The notes beneath the pieces are model-generated. The model was not told the origin of the DNA. It saw nothing but the letters and a program-made list of their open reading frames with translations, and searched no databases. This document shows positions 49,755 through 61,437 of a stretch of DNA of 64,000 nt, piece by piece (position 1 is the stretch's first letter; each line of letters begins with the position of its first letter). This DNA is from Porticoccaceae bacterium (GTDB lineage: Bacteria > Pseudomonadota > Gammaproteobacteria > Pseudomonadales > Porticoccaceae): the NCBI GenBank assembly GCA_041594335.1, contig JBFHML010000003.1, positions 5,412 to 69,411 on the forward strand, written 5' to 3'. Position numbers and translations under genes: made by a program.

Positions 49755-50920
49755 GCGCCCTTCTCCGCCGCCGCTACCACACGCTGCGCCGCATCCGTCA
49801 GACTCTCCGCGGCGATGATGTTGAGCCCGCTCTCGGCGAGCAATGCCGCGCCTCGATCGGCGTTGTTGCCTTCCAAACGCACGACCACAGGCACTGTAAC
49901 GCCCACTTCCTGAACCGCCCCGATGATGCCCTCGGCAATCAAATCGCAGCGCACGATGCCGCCAAAAATATTGACTAGCACTGCTTTGACGTTGCCATCC
50001 GACAGAATGATCTTGAAAGCTTCTGTCACCCGCTCCTTGGTGGCCCCGCCCCCCACATCGAGAAAGTTCGCCGGCGCACCGCCGTGTAGCTTGACGATAT
50101 CCATGGTCCCCATCGCCAAACCGGCGCCGTTGACCATGCAACCGATACTGCCATCGAGCGCGACATAGTTGAGGTCCCACTGGGCAGCATGCGCCTCGCG
50201 TGGATCCTCCTGGGAGGGATCGTGCATGGCCTTGATCGCCGGCTGGCGGTAGAGCGCATTGCCGTCCACATTGATCTTGGCGTCGAGGCAATGCAGATCA
50301 CCCGCTTCGGTGATGACCAGCGGATTCACTTCGATCAGCGATAGATCCTTGTCTTGGAAAAGCTGGGCGAGTCCGAGAAAGATCTTGGTGAACTGGCCGA
50401 TCTGCTTGCCCGTCAGCCCGAGCTGGAAGGCGAGCTCGCGGGCCTGAAAGGGCTGGGCTCCCGTCAGCGGGTCAATACTCGCCTTGAGAATCTTCTCCGG
50501 GGTTTCCTCAGCCACCTTCTCGATCTCCACGCCCCCCTCGGTGGAAGCCATGAAGACGATCCGGCGGCTGGCGCGATCGACCACCGCGCCGAGGTACAGC
50601 TCCTGGGCGATATCCGTGCAGGACTCCACCAGAATACGGCTCACAGGCTGGCCTTCGGCATCGGTTTGATAGGTGACCAGACGTTGTCCTAGCCACTGCT
50701 GTGCGAAGGCACGGATATCCTCGGCTGAATCGACCAGCTTCACGCCCCCCGCCTTCCCGCGCCCGCCAGCGTGTACCTGCGCTTTGACCACCCAGCGATC
50801 GCCACCGATCGTGCCGGCGGCGGCGACAGCCTCATCGACCGTCTCTGCGGCGATACCCTGGGATACTGGCAAGCCATATTCAGCAAACAATTGCTTGCCC
50901 TGATATTCATGCAAATTCAT
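49751..50920 (-). CDS. sucC: Succinate--CoA ligase subunit beta
   Basis: [22 protein letters not shown]...[10 protein letters not shown]. Confidence 0.95.
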   Translation of the reverse strand: MNLHEYQGKQLFAEYGLPVSQGIAAETVDEAVAAAGTIGGDRWVVKAQVHAGGRGKAGGVKLVDSAEDIRAFAQQWLGQRLVTYQTDAEGQPVSRILVESCTDIAQELYLGAVVDRASRRIVFMASTEGGVEIEKVAEETPEKILKASIDPLTGAQPFQARELAFQLGLTGKQIGQFTKIFLGLAQLFQDKDLSLIEVNPLVITEAGDLHCLDAKINVDGNALYRQPAIKAMHDPSQEDPREAHAAQWDLNYVALDGSIGCMVNGAGLAMGTMDIVKLHGGAPANFLDVGGGATKERVTEAFKIILSDGNVKAVLVNIFGGIVRCDLIAEGIIGAVQEVGVTVPVVVRLEGNNADRGAALLAESGLNIIAAESLTDAAQRVVAAAEKGA

Positions 50921-50972
50921 AGCGGGATTCCCATTGCTGGATGCAGTTCGTTACGAAGGACTTCACAGTGGC

Positions 50973-52436
<1,464 letters not shown>

Positions 52437-53699
52437 CTAAATTTGCAGCAGAATCTTGGCCGGATACTCGATCATCTCCTTGATCGCGACCAGAAACCGC
52501 ACCGCATCACGCCCATCAATCAGGCGATGATCGTAAGACAGCGCCAGATACATCATCGGACGGATGACTATTTCACCGTCCTCGACGACCGGGCGCTCCT
52601 TGATCGTATGCATACCCAGAATCGCCGACTGTGGCGGATTCAAAATGGGCGTCGACAACAGCGACCCAAACACGCCGCCATTGGTAATCGTGAAGGTGCC
52701 GCCCGTCATCTCGTCGATGGTCAGCTTGCCTGACCGCGCGCGCTCACCAAAATCCGCAATCTTGCTCTCGATTTCCGCCATGCTGAGATTATCGGCATCA
52801 CGCAGTACCGGCACGACGAGGCCGCGGTCAGTGGACACCGCCACGCCGACATCCTGATAGGCATGGTAGATGACATCATTCCCATCGATCGATGCGTTGA
52901 CCTGTGGAAACCGCTTCAGCGCCTCCACCGCCGCTTTGACGAAAAAACTCATGAATCCGAGCCTGACCCCGTTATGCACCCGCGCGAATTCGTCCTTGTA
53001 CTGCGCTCGAACATCCATCACCCGATGCATGTCCACCTCGTTGAAGGTGGTCAACATCGCGGTAGTTCGGGTCACCTCGAGCAAGCGCTCGGCAATCCGC
53101 GCGCGCATCCGGCTCATGGGCACCCGGCGTTCCAGGCGCTCACCCACACCAACAGCGGGTTCCGCTGCTGCGGTCGCGGGGCTTTCCGCGGCGGCGCGCG
53201 CAGCCGGGGCCGCTGTCACCCCCGCGGTCTCTTGGGGTGCCCGGTAATTGACCACATCCTCCTTGGTGATACGCCCGTCCCGCCCGCTGCCGGAGACCCG
53301 CCCGAGGTCAACGCCGCGCTCCTCTGCAAGCTTACGCGCCGCTGGGCTCGCAAGGCCGACCGCCGCACCACTGGGCGCAGGCGTAGCCTCGACCGCCGGC
53401 GCTTCGGCGGCCTCCTGGCGACCCGCCTCGTCCCGCGGCGTTCCGGATTCCACCGCCCCGGCACCTTCAGCGAATTTCGCCAGGAGCTCCCCGGTGTGAA
53501 CGACGTCCTGCTCCTGTTTGAGAATCTCCACTAGGCTGCCGTCGGTTGGCGCCACCACCTCGATCACGACCTTATCGGTCTCGATATCGACCAACACTTC
53601 ATCCCTGGCGGCATGCTCGCCGGGCTGCTTGTGCCATTTCGCAACCGTGCCCTCTTGAATGGACTCGGGAAAAGTGGGCGTGACGATGTCTGTAGCCAT
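52437..53699 (-). CDS. sucB: 2-oxoglutarate dehydrogenase E2 (dihydrolipoyllysine succinyltransferase)
   Basis: Lipoyl domain ([14 protein letters not shown]), Ala/Pro linker, catalytic SYDHRLIDG. Confidence 0.95.
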   Translation of the reverse strand: MATDIVTPTFPESIQEGTVAKWHKQPGEHAARDEVLVDIETDKVVIEVVAPTDGSLVEILKQEQDVVHTGELLAKFAEGAGAVESGTPRDEAGRQEAAEAPAVEATPAPSGAAVGLASPAARKLAEERGVDLGRVSGSGRDGRITKEDVVNYRAPQETAGVTAAPAARAAAESPATAAAEPAVGVGERLERRVPMSRMRARIAERLLEVTRTTAMLTTFNEVDMHRVMDVRAQYKDEFARVHNGVRLGFMSFFVKAAVEALKRFPQVNASIDGNDVIYHAYQDVGVAVSTDRGLVVPVLRDADNLSMAEIESKIADFGERARSGKLTIDEMTGGTFTITNGGVFGSLLSTPILNPPQSAILGMHTIKERPVVEDGEIVIRPMMYLALSYDHRLIDGRDAVRFLVAIKEMIEYPAKILLQI

Positions 53700-53734
53700 C
53701 TGTGGATGTTCCTTGAGCGGTAGCGGCCGGAGAT

Positions 53735-56572
53735 TTAGGACAAGGGCTCCAGGGCCTGGTCAATAAAGCGCTGCTGCTCCTCCAAGTGCGAGGAGAGATG
53801 CCCGGTAGCCGGAGAGGCCGAGGGGTCCCGGCCTACATAGCGCAAGTAAAGTCTGTCATTGATGCGTCCCAGCACAGCGCGCATATGATGTTGCAGGTTG
53901 TACCAAACCCCCTGATTCATCGGCTCTTCCTGGCACCAGAGCACATCTTCACAGCGATTGTAGTGACGCAAGGCCGCTTCGAGACCCGCTTCGTCAAAGG
54001 GGTAGAGCTGCTCGATACGCACCAATGCAATGTGGTCGAGGTTACGCTTTTCGCGCTCCTCATAGAGGTGGTAGTACACCTTGCCCGAACAGAGGACAAC
54101 GCGGCGAATGCGACTCGCATCCTGCAGATGATCGGCGATTACCGTTGCGAACGAGCCATGCGCGAGCTCCTCCAACGAGGAGGTTGCCAGGCGATGACGC
54201 AAAATCCATTTCGGACTCATCACGATGAGCGGACGGCGCAGCGGACGGATAACCTGTCGCCTGAGCATGTGGAACAGCTGAGCGGGAGTGGTCGGAATAC
54301 ACACCTGCATATTGCCCTCGGCACATTGCTGCAGGAAACGCTCCAGTCGCGCCGATGAGTGCTCCGGCCCCTGCCCTTCGTAGCCATGAGGCAACAGCAG
54401 GGTCAGGCCGCTCAAACGCCCCCACTTCTGTTCTCCGGCGGCAATAAACTGATCAATCACCACCTGAGCGCCATTGACGAAATCCCCGAACTGGGCTTCC
54501 CAGAGCACCAGGGCATTGGGTGTCGCCGTGGCATATCCGTACTCGAAACCCAGCACGGCCTCCTCGGACAGGATAGAGTCGTGGATATCACAGCGCGGTT
54601 GACCTTCGCGCAGGTGCTGCAGGGGCATATAGGACGCCCCATCCCGTTGATTGACGACTACCGCGTGCCGATGGGAAAAAGTCCCCCGCGTGCTGTCCTG
54701 TCCGGTGAGTCGGATCTGATAGCCCTGCTCCAGCAAAGTCGCATAGGCCAACAACTCGGCCATGCCCCAGTTGAGCGGCAAGGCACCTCCAGCCATTTTG
54801 CGGCGATCGTCGTAGATCTTGCCGACTTGGCGCTGCAGCACGATGCCTTCCGGGATATGGCAGATACGCTGGGCGAGTTCCTGCAATTTCTGTAAATCAA
54901 AGCGCGTATCGGCAGGCGTCGTCCAATCGTGGCCGAGGTAGGGCGTCCAGTCGACGAACAGCGCCGTATCCGGCGAGGAAACTAGGTTATAGGCCACATA
55001 TTCGCCGCGATCCAAGCTATCTCGGTAAGCATTCAGCATCTGCTGGGATTGCTGCTCGGTAATGATGCCCTCGGCAATCAGCGTCTCGGCGAACAGGGCC
55101 CGGGTGGTCTTGTGCGAGCGAATGCGCTCATACATTTGGGGCTGGGTTGCCGAAGGCTCGTCGGTCTCATTATGGCCACGGCGCCGATAGCAGACCAAAT
55201 CAATCACAACATCCTTGCGGAACTGATAACGGTAATCCATAGCGACCAGCGCGGCGAACAGCACGGCGTCCGGATCGTCGGCGTTAACGTGAAAGATGGG
55301 AGCCTGCACCATTTTCGCGATGTCGGTGCAATACTCGGTGGAACGGACATCCTCGCGGCGGCTGGTGGTAAAACCGATCTGATTATTCACCACGATGTGG
55401 ACAGTGCCGCCCGTCTTAAAGGCGCGGGTCTGCGACAACTGAAAGGTTTCCATCACCACGCCCTGGCCCGCGAAAGCTGCATCGCCGTGGACCAGGATCG
55501 GCACTACGGTTCGGCCCTCGCCATCGCCGCGGCGATCTTGGCGGGCGCGTGTCGAACCCTCGACTACCGGAGAAACGATCTCCAGGTGCGATGGATTGAA
55601 GCTCAGCGCGAGGTGTACCTCGCCACCCGGCGTCATGACATTGGAGGAAAATCCCTGGTGATACTTCACGTCACCGGAAGTGTGTATGGCTTTCTTGCCC
55701 TCAAATTCGTCGAACAACTCCGCCGGGTTCTTACCCAACACGTTGACCAGGACATTTAGTCGGCCCCGGTGAGCCATCCCCAGGACGATCTCCTTGGCAC
55801 CGTATTCCCCGGCTCGATAGATGAGCGCATCGATCGACGGAATCAGCGACTCGCTCCCCTCAAGGCCAAAGCGCTTGGTACCCGGATACTTGGAATCGAG
55901 GTGCTTTTCGAGACCTTCGGCCGCAGTCAGGCGCCCCAAAATCCGCACGCGCAGCTCGGAATCGTAACGCGGCCGGGAGCGTTGACGTTCAAAGCGCTGC
56001 TGGAGCCATTGCTTTTCCTCCAGCGAGGTAATGTGCATGAACTCCGGACCCAGGGTTCCACAGTAGGTGGCCTCCAACGCCTCGATGATCTCCCGCAGGG
56101 GAGCCTCTTCCTTGCCGATATAGAGCGGCCCCGCCTGGAACGTGGTATCGAGGTCAGCGGGTGTGAGGCCATGAAATCCCAACTCCAAATCAGGCACTTG
56201 GTCTCGCTCCATCAGCCCCAGCGGATCGAGACGAGCCTTCTGATGCCCTCGCTCGCGATAAGAGCTGATGAGTTCGAGAACGCGTACTTGTTTGCGCTCG
56301 TGCTCGACATTGATGCCGCCGGAGCCGGGAGCGGGGATCGGGCGGGCCTGGCGCCGTCCCATGAGCTCGAAGTGTGCCCGCACCGTGTCGTGGGAGATGT
56401 CTGGCGTGACTACACCATCGATGTGAGGCAGGGTGTCGAAATACGCCCGCCACTGCTCAGGCACCGCATTGGGATCGTGCAGATAGGCTTCGTAAAGCCC
56501 TTCCACGTAGGCGGCGTTCCCCCCAGAAAGATGGGAGGTGCGCCGAAACCGCTCGACAACGCTTTCTGACAT
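53735..56572 (-). CDS. sucA: 2-oxoglutarate dehydrogenase E1 component
   Basis: 945 aa. N-terminus [31 protein letters not shown] and the ThDP-binding region. Confidence 0.95.
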   Translation of the reverse strand: MSESVVERFRRTSHLSGGNAAYVEGLYEAYLHDPNAVPEQWRAYFDTLPHIDGVVTPDISHDTVRAHFELMGRRQARPIPAPGSGGINVEHERKQVRVLELISSYRERGHQKARLDPLGLMERDQVPDLELGFHGLTPADLDTTFQAGPLYIGKEEAPLREIIEALEATYCGTLGPEFMHITSLEEKQWLQQRFERQRSRPRYDSELRVRILGRLTAAEGLEKHLDSKYPGTKRFGLEGSESLIPSIDALIYRAGEYGAKEIVLGMAHRGRLNVLVNVLGKNPAELFDEFEGKKAIHTSGDVKYHQGFSSNVMTPGGEVHLALSFNPSHLEIVSPVVEGSTRARQDRRGDGEGRTVVPILVHGDAAFAGQGVVMETFQLSQTRAFKTGGTVHIVVNNQIGFTTSRREDVRSTEYCTDIAKMVQAPIFHVNADDPDAVLFAALVAMDYRYQFRKDVVIDLVCYRRRGHNETDEPSATQPQMYERIRSHKTTRALFAETLIAEGIITEQQSQQMLNAYRDSLDRGEYVAYNLVSSPDTALFVDWTPYLGHDWTTPADTRFDLQKLQELAQRICHIPEGIVLQRQVGKIYDDRRKMAGGALPLNWGMAELLAYATLLEQGYQIRLTGQDSTRGTFSHRHAVVVNQRDGASYMPLQHLREGQPRCDIHDSILSEEAVLGFEYGYATATPNALVLWEAQFGDFVNGAQVVIDQFIAAGEQKWGRLSGLTLLLPHGYEGQGPEHSSARLERFLQQCAEGNMQVCIPTTPAQLFHMLRRQVIRPLRRPLIVMSPKWILRHRLATSSLEELAHGSFATVIADHLQDASRIRRVVLCSGKVYYHLYEEREKRNLDHIALVRIEQLYPFDEAGLEAALRHYNRCEDVLWCQEEPMNQGVWYNLQHHMRAVLGRINDRLYLRYVGRDPSASPATGHLSSHLEEQQRFIDQALEPLS

Positions 56573-56612
56573 CGGACTTCGACCTCGATCAGCCGCCGGC
56601 CTGCGCAGTGTA

Positions 56613-56641
56613 GCAGTCTCCGTGCAGCCACCGGAGACTGC
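56613..56641 (-). other. 10-bp perfect stem-loop in the sdhB-sucA spacer
   Basis: GCAGTCTCCG / CGGAGACTGC arms with a 9-nt loop and no U-tract. Possible attenuator or processing site between the sdh and suc transcription units. Confidence 0.3.
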
Positions 56642-56653
56642 CCCGCAGCTGCA

Positions 56654-57358
56654 TCAGGTTCCGCTGCGCAGCAGCATGTTGCGGATATGACCGATCGCTC
56701 GGGTGGGGTTCAGTTCCTTGGGACACACGGAGACGCAGTTCTGGATTCCGTGACAACGAAACACGCTGAACGGATCATCCAGCTCTGAGAGCCGTTCCTC
56801 GGTCGCAGTATCCCGACTGTCCGCCAAAAATCGATAGGCTTGCAACAACCCGGCCGGACCAATGAACTTGTCGGGATTCCACCAAAAAGAGGGGCAGGAT
56901 GTCGAACAACAGGCACAGAGGATACATTCGTACAGGCCGTCGAGCTTAGCGCGATCCGCTGGGGACTGCAGACGCTCGATCGCTGGGGCCGGATCCTCGT
57001 TGATCAACCAGGGGCGAATTTTTTCGTACTGCGCGTAGAACTGACTCATGTCGATGACGAGGTCACGGATCACCGGCAAGCCCGGCAAAGGGCGCAGCAC
57101 CAACCGGTTCTTCTTTACGCTCTCGGACAACGGGGTGATACAGGCCAGTCCATTCTTGCCGTTGATGTTCACGCCATCCGAACCGCACACCCCTTCGCGG
57201 CAGGAACGGCGAAACGTCAAACTCGGATCCTGCGCCTTGAGCAGCTCCATCACGTCCAACACCATGAGGTCCTTACCACCGGTGTCGAGTTGATAATCCT
57301 GCATGCGCGGCGCGCTATCAGTATCCGGATTGTACCGGTAGACACTCACATTCAGCAT
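56654..57358 (-). CDS. sdhB: Succinate dehydrogenase iron-sulfur subunit
   Basis: Three Cys clusters (CREGVCGSDG, CILCACCSTSCP, CHGIQNCVSVCP). Confidence 0.95.
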   Translation of the reverse strand: MLNVSVYRYNPDTDSAPRMQDYQLDTGGKDLMVLDVMELLKAQDPSLTFRRSCREGVCGSDGVNINGKNGLACITPLSESVKKNRLVLRPLPGLPVIRDLVIDMSQFYAQYEKIRPWLINEDPAPAIERLQSPADRAKLDGLYECILCACCSTSCPSFWWNPDKFIGPAGLLQAYRFLADSRDTATEERLSELDDPFSVFRCHGIQNCVSVCPKELNPTRAIGHIRNMLLRSGT

Positions 57359-57370
57359 GGTCTAGACCCC

Positions 57371-59140
57371 TCAATAAGTGCGCGTCTTGGGTTCGAAAGC
57401 CGGGCGCGTTTTGGGCGTGAAATTGACCGCGCGCTTGGCCACCTCTCGAGTCTCCGGCAGATACAACGAATGGCACAGCCAGTTTTCGTCATCGCGGTCC
57501 GGACAATCCTCTCGGGCATGAGCGCCTCGACTCTCGGCCCGGGCTTCGGCGGCGATCGCTGTCGCCTCGGCAACCTCCAGCAAATTCTGCAGTTCCAGCG
57601 CCTCGATCCGTGCCGTATTGAAGGCACGGCTGTGATCCTCAAGTCGCACATTGCCAATGCGCTCACGCAGCTCGCGCAACTTGCCAACGCCCTCGCGCAT
57701 GTAGTCGCCACGCCGGAATACACCAAAGTGGTTCTGCATGATCGTCTGTAGCTCACGACGCAGGTCGGCAGTGCGCTCCCCGTCGTTGGTATCCAGACCG
57801 CGCAGCCGCGACAGGGACGCCTCGACATCGTCGTCGGCAGCATCGCGCAGCGCGATCCCCTCACGCAAGGCGCGCTCGATAAAGAGACCAGACGCGCGTC
57901 CGAACACCACCAAGTCGAGCAGCGAATTCCCACCGAGGCGATTAGCCCCATGTACGGAGACACAGGCAACCTCGCCACAGGCATACAGCCCCGGCACGAC
58001 ACGGTCCTCACCATCGGGGCCCCGAGCCAACGCCTGACCGTGAACATTGGTGGGGATACCCCCCATCATGTAATGGCAGGTCGGCACCACCGGAATCGCC
58101 TCCTGCACCGGATCGACATGGGCGAACGTTTTGGATAACTCGCAGATGCCGGGTAGACGGCTGTGGAGCACCTCTTCCCCGAGATGATCCAGCTTGAGCA
58201 GCACATGATCCCCCTCAGGGCCGCAACCGCGGCCGGCGAGGATCTCCAGCACCATCGAGCGGGCGACCACATCCCGACCGGCGAGATCCTTGGCATTCGG
58301 CGCATAGCGCTCCATGAAGCGCTCGCCGTCCTTGTTGACCAGGTAGCCCCCTTCACCGCGACAACCCTCGGTAACCAGCACGCCGGCACCGGCGATCCCG
58401 GTCGGGTGAAATTGCCACATCTCGATATCCTGCACCGGAAAACCGGCCCGCAACGCCATAGCCACACCGTCACCGGTGTTGATATGGGCATTGGTGGTAG
58501 AGGCATAGATGCGCCCGGCGCCACCCGTAGCGAAAACCGTGGCCCGACATTTGACATGAACCACGTCGCCCGTCTCGATATCGATGGCGATTACCCCAAC
58601 GACAGCGCCATCCTGATTCTTGACCAGATCGACGGCAAACCACTCATTGAGGAATACCGTATTGTTCTTGAGATTGTTCTGATAGAGGGTGTGTAGCAAC
58701 GCATGCCCCGTGCGATCGGCCGCCGCACAGGTACGGGCTGCTTGGCCACCTTCGCCGAAGTTCTTCGACTGACCACCGAAGGGGCGCTGATAGATTCGAC
58801 CCTCTTCGGTGCGCGAGAAGGGTAGCCCCATATGCTCGAGCTCGAACACGGCTTCCGGGCCGACGGAGCACATATATTCGATGGCGTCTTGATCACCGAT
58901 ATAGTCAGATCCCTTGACGGTGTCATACATGTGCCACTGCCACTGATCTGCCGGGTCGGCACTCGCGATGGCGCAAGTAATACCCCCTTGCGCAGAGACC
59001 GTATGGGAGCGGGTCGGAAACACCTTGGAAATGACCGCGGTCTTATAGCCGGACTGCGCCAACTGCAGGGCCGCGCGCATACCCGCGCCACCACCACCGA
59101 CGATGACCGCGTCAAAGGAAATCGTGTGTACCCTCGCCAT
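57371..59140 (-). CDS. sdhA: Succinate dehydrogenase flavoprotein subunit
   Basis: [17 protein letters not shown], the FAD-attachment motif [10 protein letters not shown], and [13 protein letters not shown]. Confidence 0.95.
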   Translation of the reverse strand: MARVHTISFDAVIVGGGGAGMRAALQLAQSGYKTAVISKVFPTRSHTVSAQGGITCAIASADPADQWQWHMYDTVKGSDYIGDQDAIEYMCSVGPEAVFELEHMGLPFSRTEEGRIYQRPFGGQSKNFGEGGQAARTCAAADRTGHALLHTLYQNNLKNNTVFLNEWFAVDLVKNQDGAVVGVIAIDIETGDVVHVKCRATVFATGGAGRIYASTTNAHINTGDGVAMALRAGFPVQDIEMWQFHPTGIAGAGVLVTEGCRGEGGYLVNKDGERFMERYAPNAKDLAGRDVVARSMVLEILAGRGCGPEGDHVLLKLDHLGEEVLHSRLPGICELSKTFAHVDPVQEAIPVVPTCHYMMGGIPTNVHGQALARGPDGEDRVVPGLYACGEVACVSVHGANRLGGNSLLDLVVFGRASGLFIERALREGIALRDAADDDVEASLSRLRGLDTNDGERTADLRRELQTIMQNHFGVFRRGDYMREGVGKLRELRERIGNVRLEDHSRAFNTARIEALELQNLLEVAEATAIAAEARAESRGAHAREDCPDRDDENWLCHSLYLPETREVAKRAVNFTPKTRPAFEPKTRTY

Positions 59141-59144
59141 CGCC

Positions 59145-59516
59145 TCAGACTCCCCAGAGAATATCGATTGCCCACACCACGTAGGCCAGAATCAGTGCAA
59201 TCGCTGCCAGCTGGAGGACTACCCGCAACGGGGTTGCCACCGGGCCCATCAAGCGCACGGTCACGTAATCGGTGAGAACCGCCCAAATGCCGATCCAGGC
59301 GTGAGCCGCGATGGCAAGCACCGTAGCCAGCGTCAGCAAGCGCACCCAAAATTGCTGGTGAAGCATCGCCCAGTCGATATAGGTGAGGTTGGGATGGGTG
59401 ACGAGATACCCCACCATGATGACCACATACAGCAAGATCACCACCGCACTGACGCGCTGAATGAGCCAATCCGAGAGCCCGCTACGCCCCAAGCTCGTAA
59501 CCGGTTTCACCCCCAT
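59145..59516 (-). CDS. sdhD: Succinate dehydrogenase membrane anchor subunit
   Basis: 123-aa three-TM protein ([15 protein letters not shown]) between sdhC and sdhA. Confidence 0.85.
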   Translation of the reverse strand: MGVKPVTSLGRSGLSDWLIQRVSAVVILLYVVIMVGYLVTHPNLTYIDWAMLHQQFWVRLLTLATVLAIAAHAWIGIWAVLTDYVTVRLMGPVATPLRVVLQLAAIALILAYVVWAIDILWGV

Positions 59517-59884
59517 AGCCAGACTCCCGTCGCAATCACCAGGATCCCGGTGAAAATCAATACTAGGCGTGCACCCAGCACGCCCCCACGTAAGCTTTCA
59601 CCGATGCCCAGGTCCATCACCAGATGGCGAATGCCCGCAACCAAGTGATAGGCCAATGCCGCCAGCAATACCCAGAGCAGCAATTTGAACCAGAAGCTGG
59701 AAAAAACTTCCTGGAGTGATGCGAATCCATTCGCGGAACTCAGGCTAACATCCAGCATCCAAAGCGCCAGCCCCGCCAGGGCCAACAACACCATTCCGGA
59801 AATCCTGTGCAGAATGGAAACATATGCGGTTATCGGCAAACGCATGCTGCCAATATCCAGGTTCACGGGTCTTTTATCGTTCAC
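59507..59884 (-). CDS. sdhC: Succinate dehydrogenase cytochrome b556 subunit
   Basis: RPVNLDI...LPITAYVSILHRISG is the typical SdhC N-terminus. First gene of the sdh operon. Confidence 0.85.
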   Translation of the reverse strand: MNDKRPVNLDIGSMRLPITAYVSILHRISGMVLLALAGLALWMLDVSLSSANGFASLQEVFSSFWFKLLLWVLLAALAYHLVAGIRHLVMDLGIGESLRGGVLGARLVLIFTGILVIATGVWLWG

Positions 59885-60039
59885 GGCTGCACTGCCTTAG
59901 GCTGAATGGGGAAGGAGGGGCCCCGAAGCGGGCGCACAAAAATCACCGGCTACAGGCTGCAGCGCTGCAGGAACCGGCCGGCGGCGGCGAATTATAGAAA
60001 TAACCGTCTGGCGATTACAACGCAATATCCATCATCAAA

Positions 60040-60069
60040 TTGACAATCCCGCGCTGGCAGCGGTAGGCT
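60040..60069 (+). promoter_or_regulatory. Putative sigma-70 promoter for gltA
   Basis: TTGACA, 18 nt, TAGGCT, in the AT-richer sdhC-gltA divergent spacer. Confidence 0.35.
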
Positions 60070-60141
60070 GCGCTGCCTTTTATTAGCATTATGCCCATAC
60101 TCACGTACGCCGTCCCGGCCGTTAATTTGGAGATGAAGTAG

Positions 60142-61431
60142 ATGACCGAGCGCAAAGCGATTCTCTCGATTCCGGGACAATCCCCCATCGAACTACCCAT
60201 CCTCAAGGGCACGCTTGGGCAAGACGTCATCGATATCGCCGCACTTGGGCAGCACGACCATTTTTCCTTTGATCCCGGCTTCACAGCAACGGCATCCTGC
60301 GAGTCGAAGATTACTTACATCGATGGCGACCAGGGCATTCTGCTACACCGCGGCTATCCCATCGAGGAACTGGCCCAAAAATCGGATTACCTCGAAACCT
60401 GCTACCTGTTGCTCAATGGTGAACTCCCCAATCAGCAACAAAAGGCAGAATTCGAAAATATTATTACTACGCATACCATGGTCAACCGCTCGGTCGAGCA
60501 GTTTCTCTCCGGATTTCGCTACGACTCCCACCCGATGGCGATGATGTGTGGCGTGGTCGGCGCACTTTCCTCCTTCTACCACGACTCTTTGGATATCACC
60601 GACCCGCAGCATCGCATGATCACTGCCCACCGACTGATCGCCAAAATGCCGACCATCGCGGCCATGTGCTACAAGCACTATATCGGTCAGCCCTATATGT
60701 ATCCGCGCAATGAACTCAAATACGCGGAAAATTTCCTCAACATGATGTTTGGGACCCCCTGCGAGAATCGGCCGATCAGCCCCGTGCTCGCACGCGCCAT
60801 GGATCTACTGTTTTTGCTCCACGCCGACCACGAGCAAAACGCGTCCACCTCGACCGTCCGCCTCGCCGGCTCTTCCGGGGCCAACCCCTTCTCCTGCATT
60901 GCCGCCGGCATCGCCGCCCTGTGGGGACCTTCTCACGGTGGGGCCAACCAGGCGGTGCTGGAAATGCTCGCCGAGATTGGCGACGAAAAGCACATTGACC
61001 AGTTCGTCAAGCGCGCCAAGGACAAGAATGATCCGTTTCGTTTGATGGGCTTCGGCCATCGCGTGTACAAGAACTTCGACCCCCGGGCCAAAGTCATGAA
61101 GCAAGCCTGCGACGATGTGCTTGCGGAACTGGGGATCGAAGACGACCCATTGCTAAAAATCGCCAAAAAACTAGAAAGAATTGCGCTAGAAGACGACTAT
61201 TTTGTCGACAAAAAACTCTACCCCAATGTCGACTTCTACTCTGGCATCATCATGAAAGCGATCGGCATTCCCACGGAGATGTTCACCGTGATTTTCGCCA
61301 CCGGCCGTACGGTAGGCTGGATCGCGCACTGGAATGAAATGATCAGCAACAGCTACAAGATCGGTCGCCCACGACAGCTCTACACTGGGGAGCAGCGACG
61401 CGCCATCACCCCTCTCGCCGAACGCGGATAG
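60142..61431 (+). CDS. gltA: Citrate synthase (type II)
   Basis: 429 aa. [14 protein letters not shown] and [13 protein letters not shown] motifs. Confidence 0.95.
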   Translation: MTERKAILSIPGQSPIELPILKGTLGQDVIDIAALGQHDHFSFDPGFTATASCESKITYIDGDQGILLHRGYPIEELAQKSDYLETCYLLLNGELPNQQQKAEFENIITTHTMVNRSVEQFLSGFRYDSHPMAMMCGVVGALSSFYHDSLDITDPQHRMITAHRLIAKMPTIAAMCYKHYIGQPYMYPRNELKYAENFLNMMFGTPCENRPISPVLARAMDLLFLLHADHEQNASTSTVRLAGSSGANPFSCIAAGIAALWGPSHGGANQAVLEMLAEIGDEKHIDQFVKRAKDKNDPFRLMGFGHRVYKNFDPRAKVMKQACDDVLAELGIEDDPLLKIAKKLERIALEDDYFVDKKLYPNVDFYSGIIMKAIGIPTEMFTVIFATGRTVGWIAHWNEMISNSYKIGRPRQLYTGEQRRAITPLAERG

Positions 61432-61437
61432 CTCGGC

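Noticed and set aside
49755-50291. N-terminal extension of the sucD ORF (track ORF 48882..50291, 469 aa), overlapping sucC.
   Set aside because: The conserved SucD sequence begins at [11 protein letters not shown] (ATG 49754), and that ATG overlaps the sucC stop as ATGA. The upstream part is Arg/Gly-rich read-through inside sucC.
59957-59970. Perfect 14-bp palindrome CTGCAGCGCTGCAG in the sdhC-gltA spacer, as a possible operator.
   Set aside because: Short GC-rich palindromes are expected by chance in this composition. I saw no second copy or known regulator motif match, so it is noted only.
60133-60141. Two-codon mini-ORF ATG-AAG-TAG directly abutting the gltA ATG.
   Set aside because: The GGAG element touches the first ATG with zero spacing, so it is positioned to serve the gltA ATG 9 nt downstream. 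The mini-ORF is most likely incidental.
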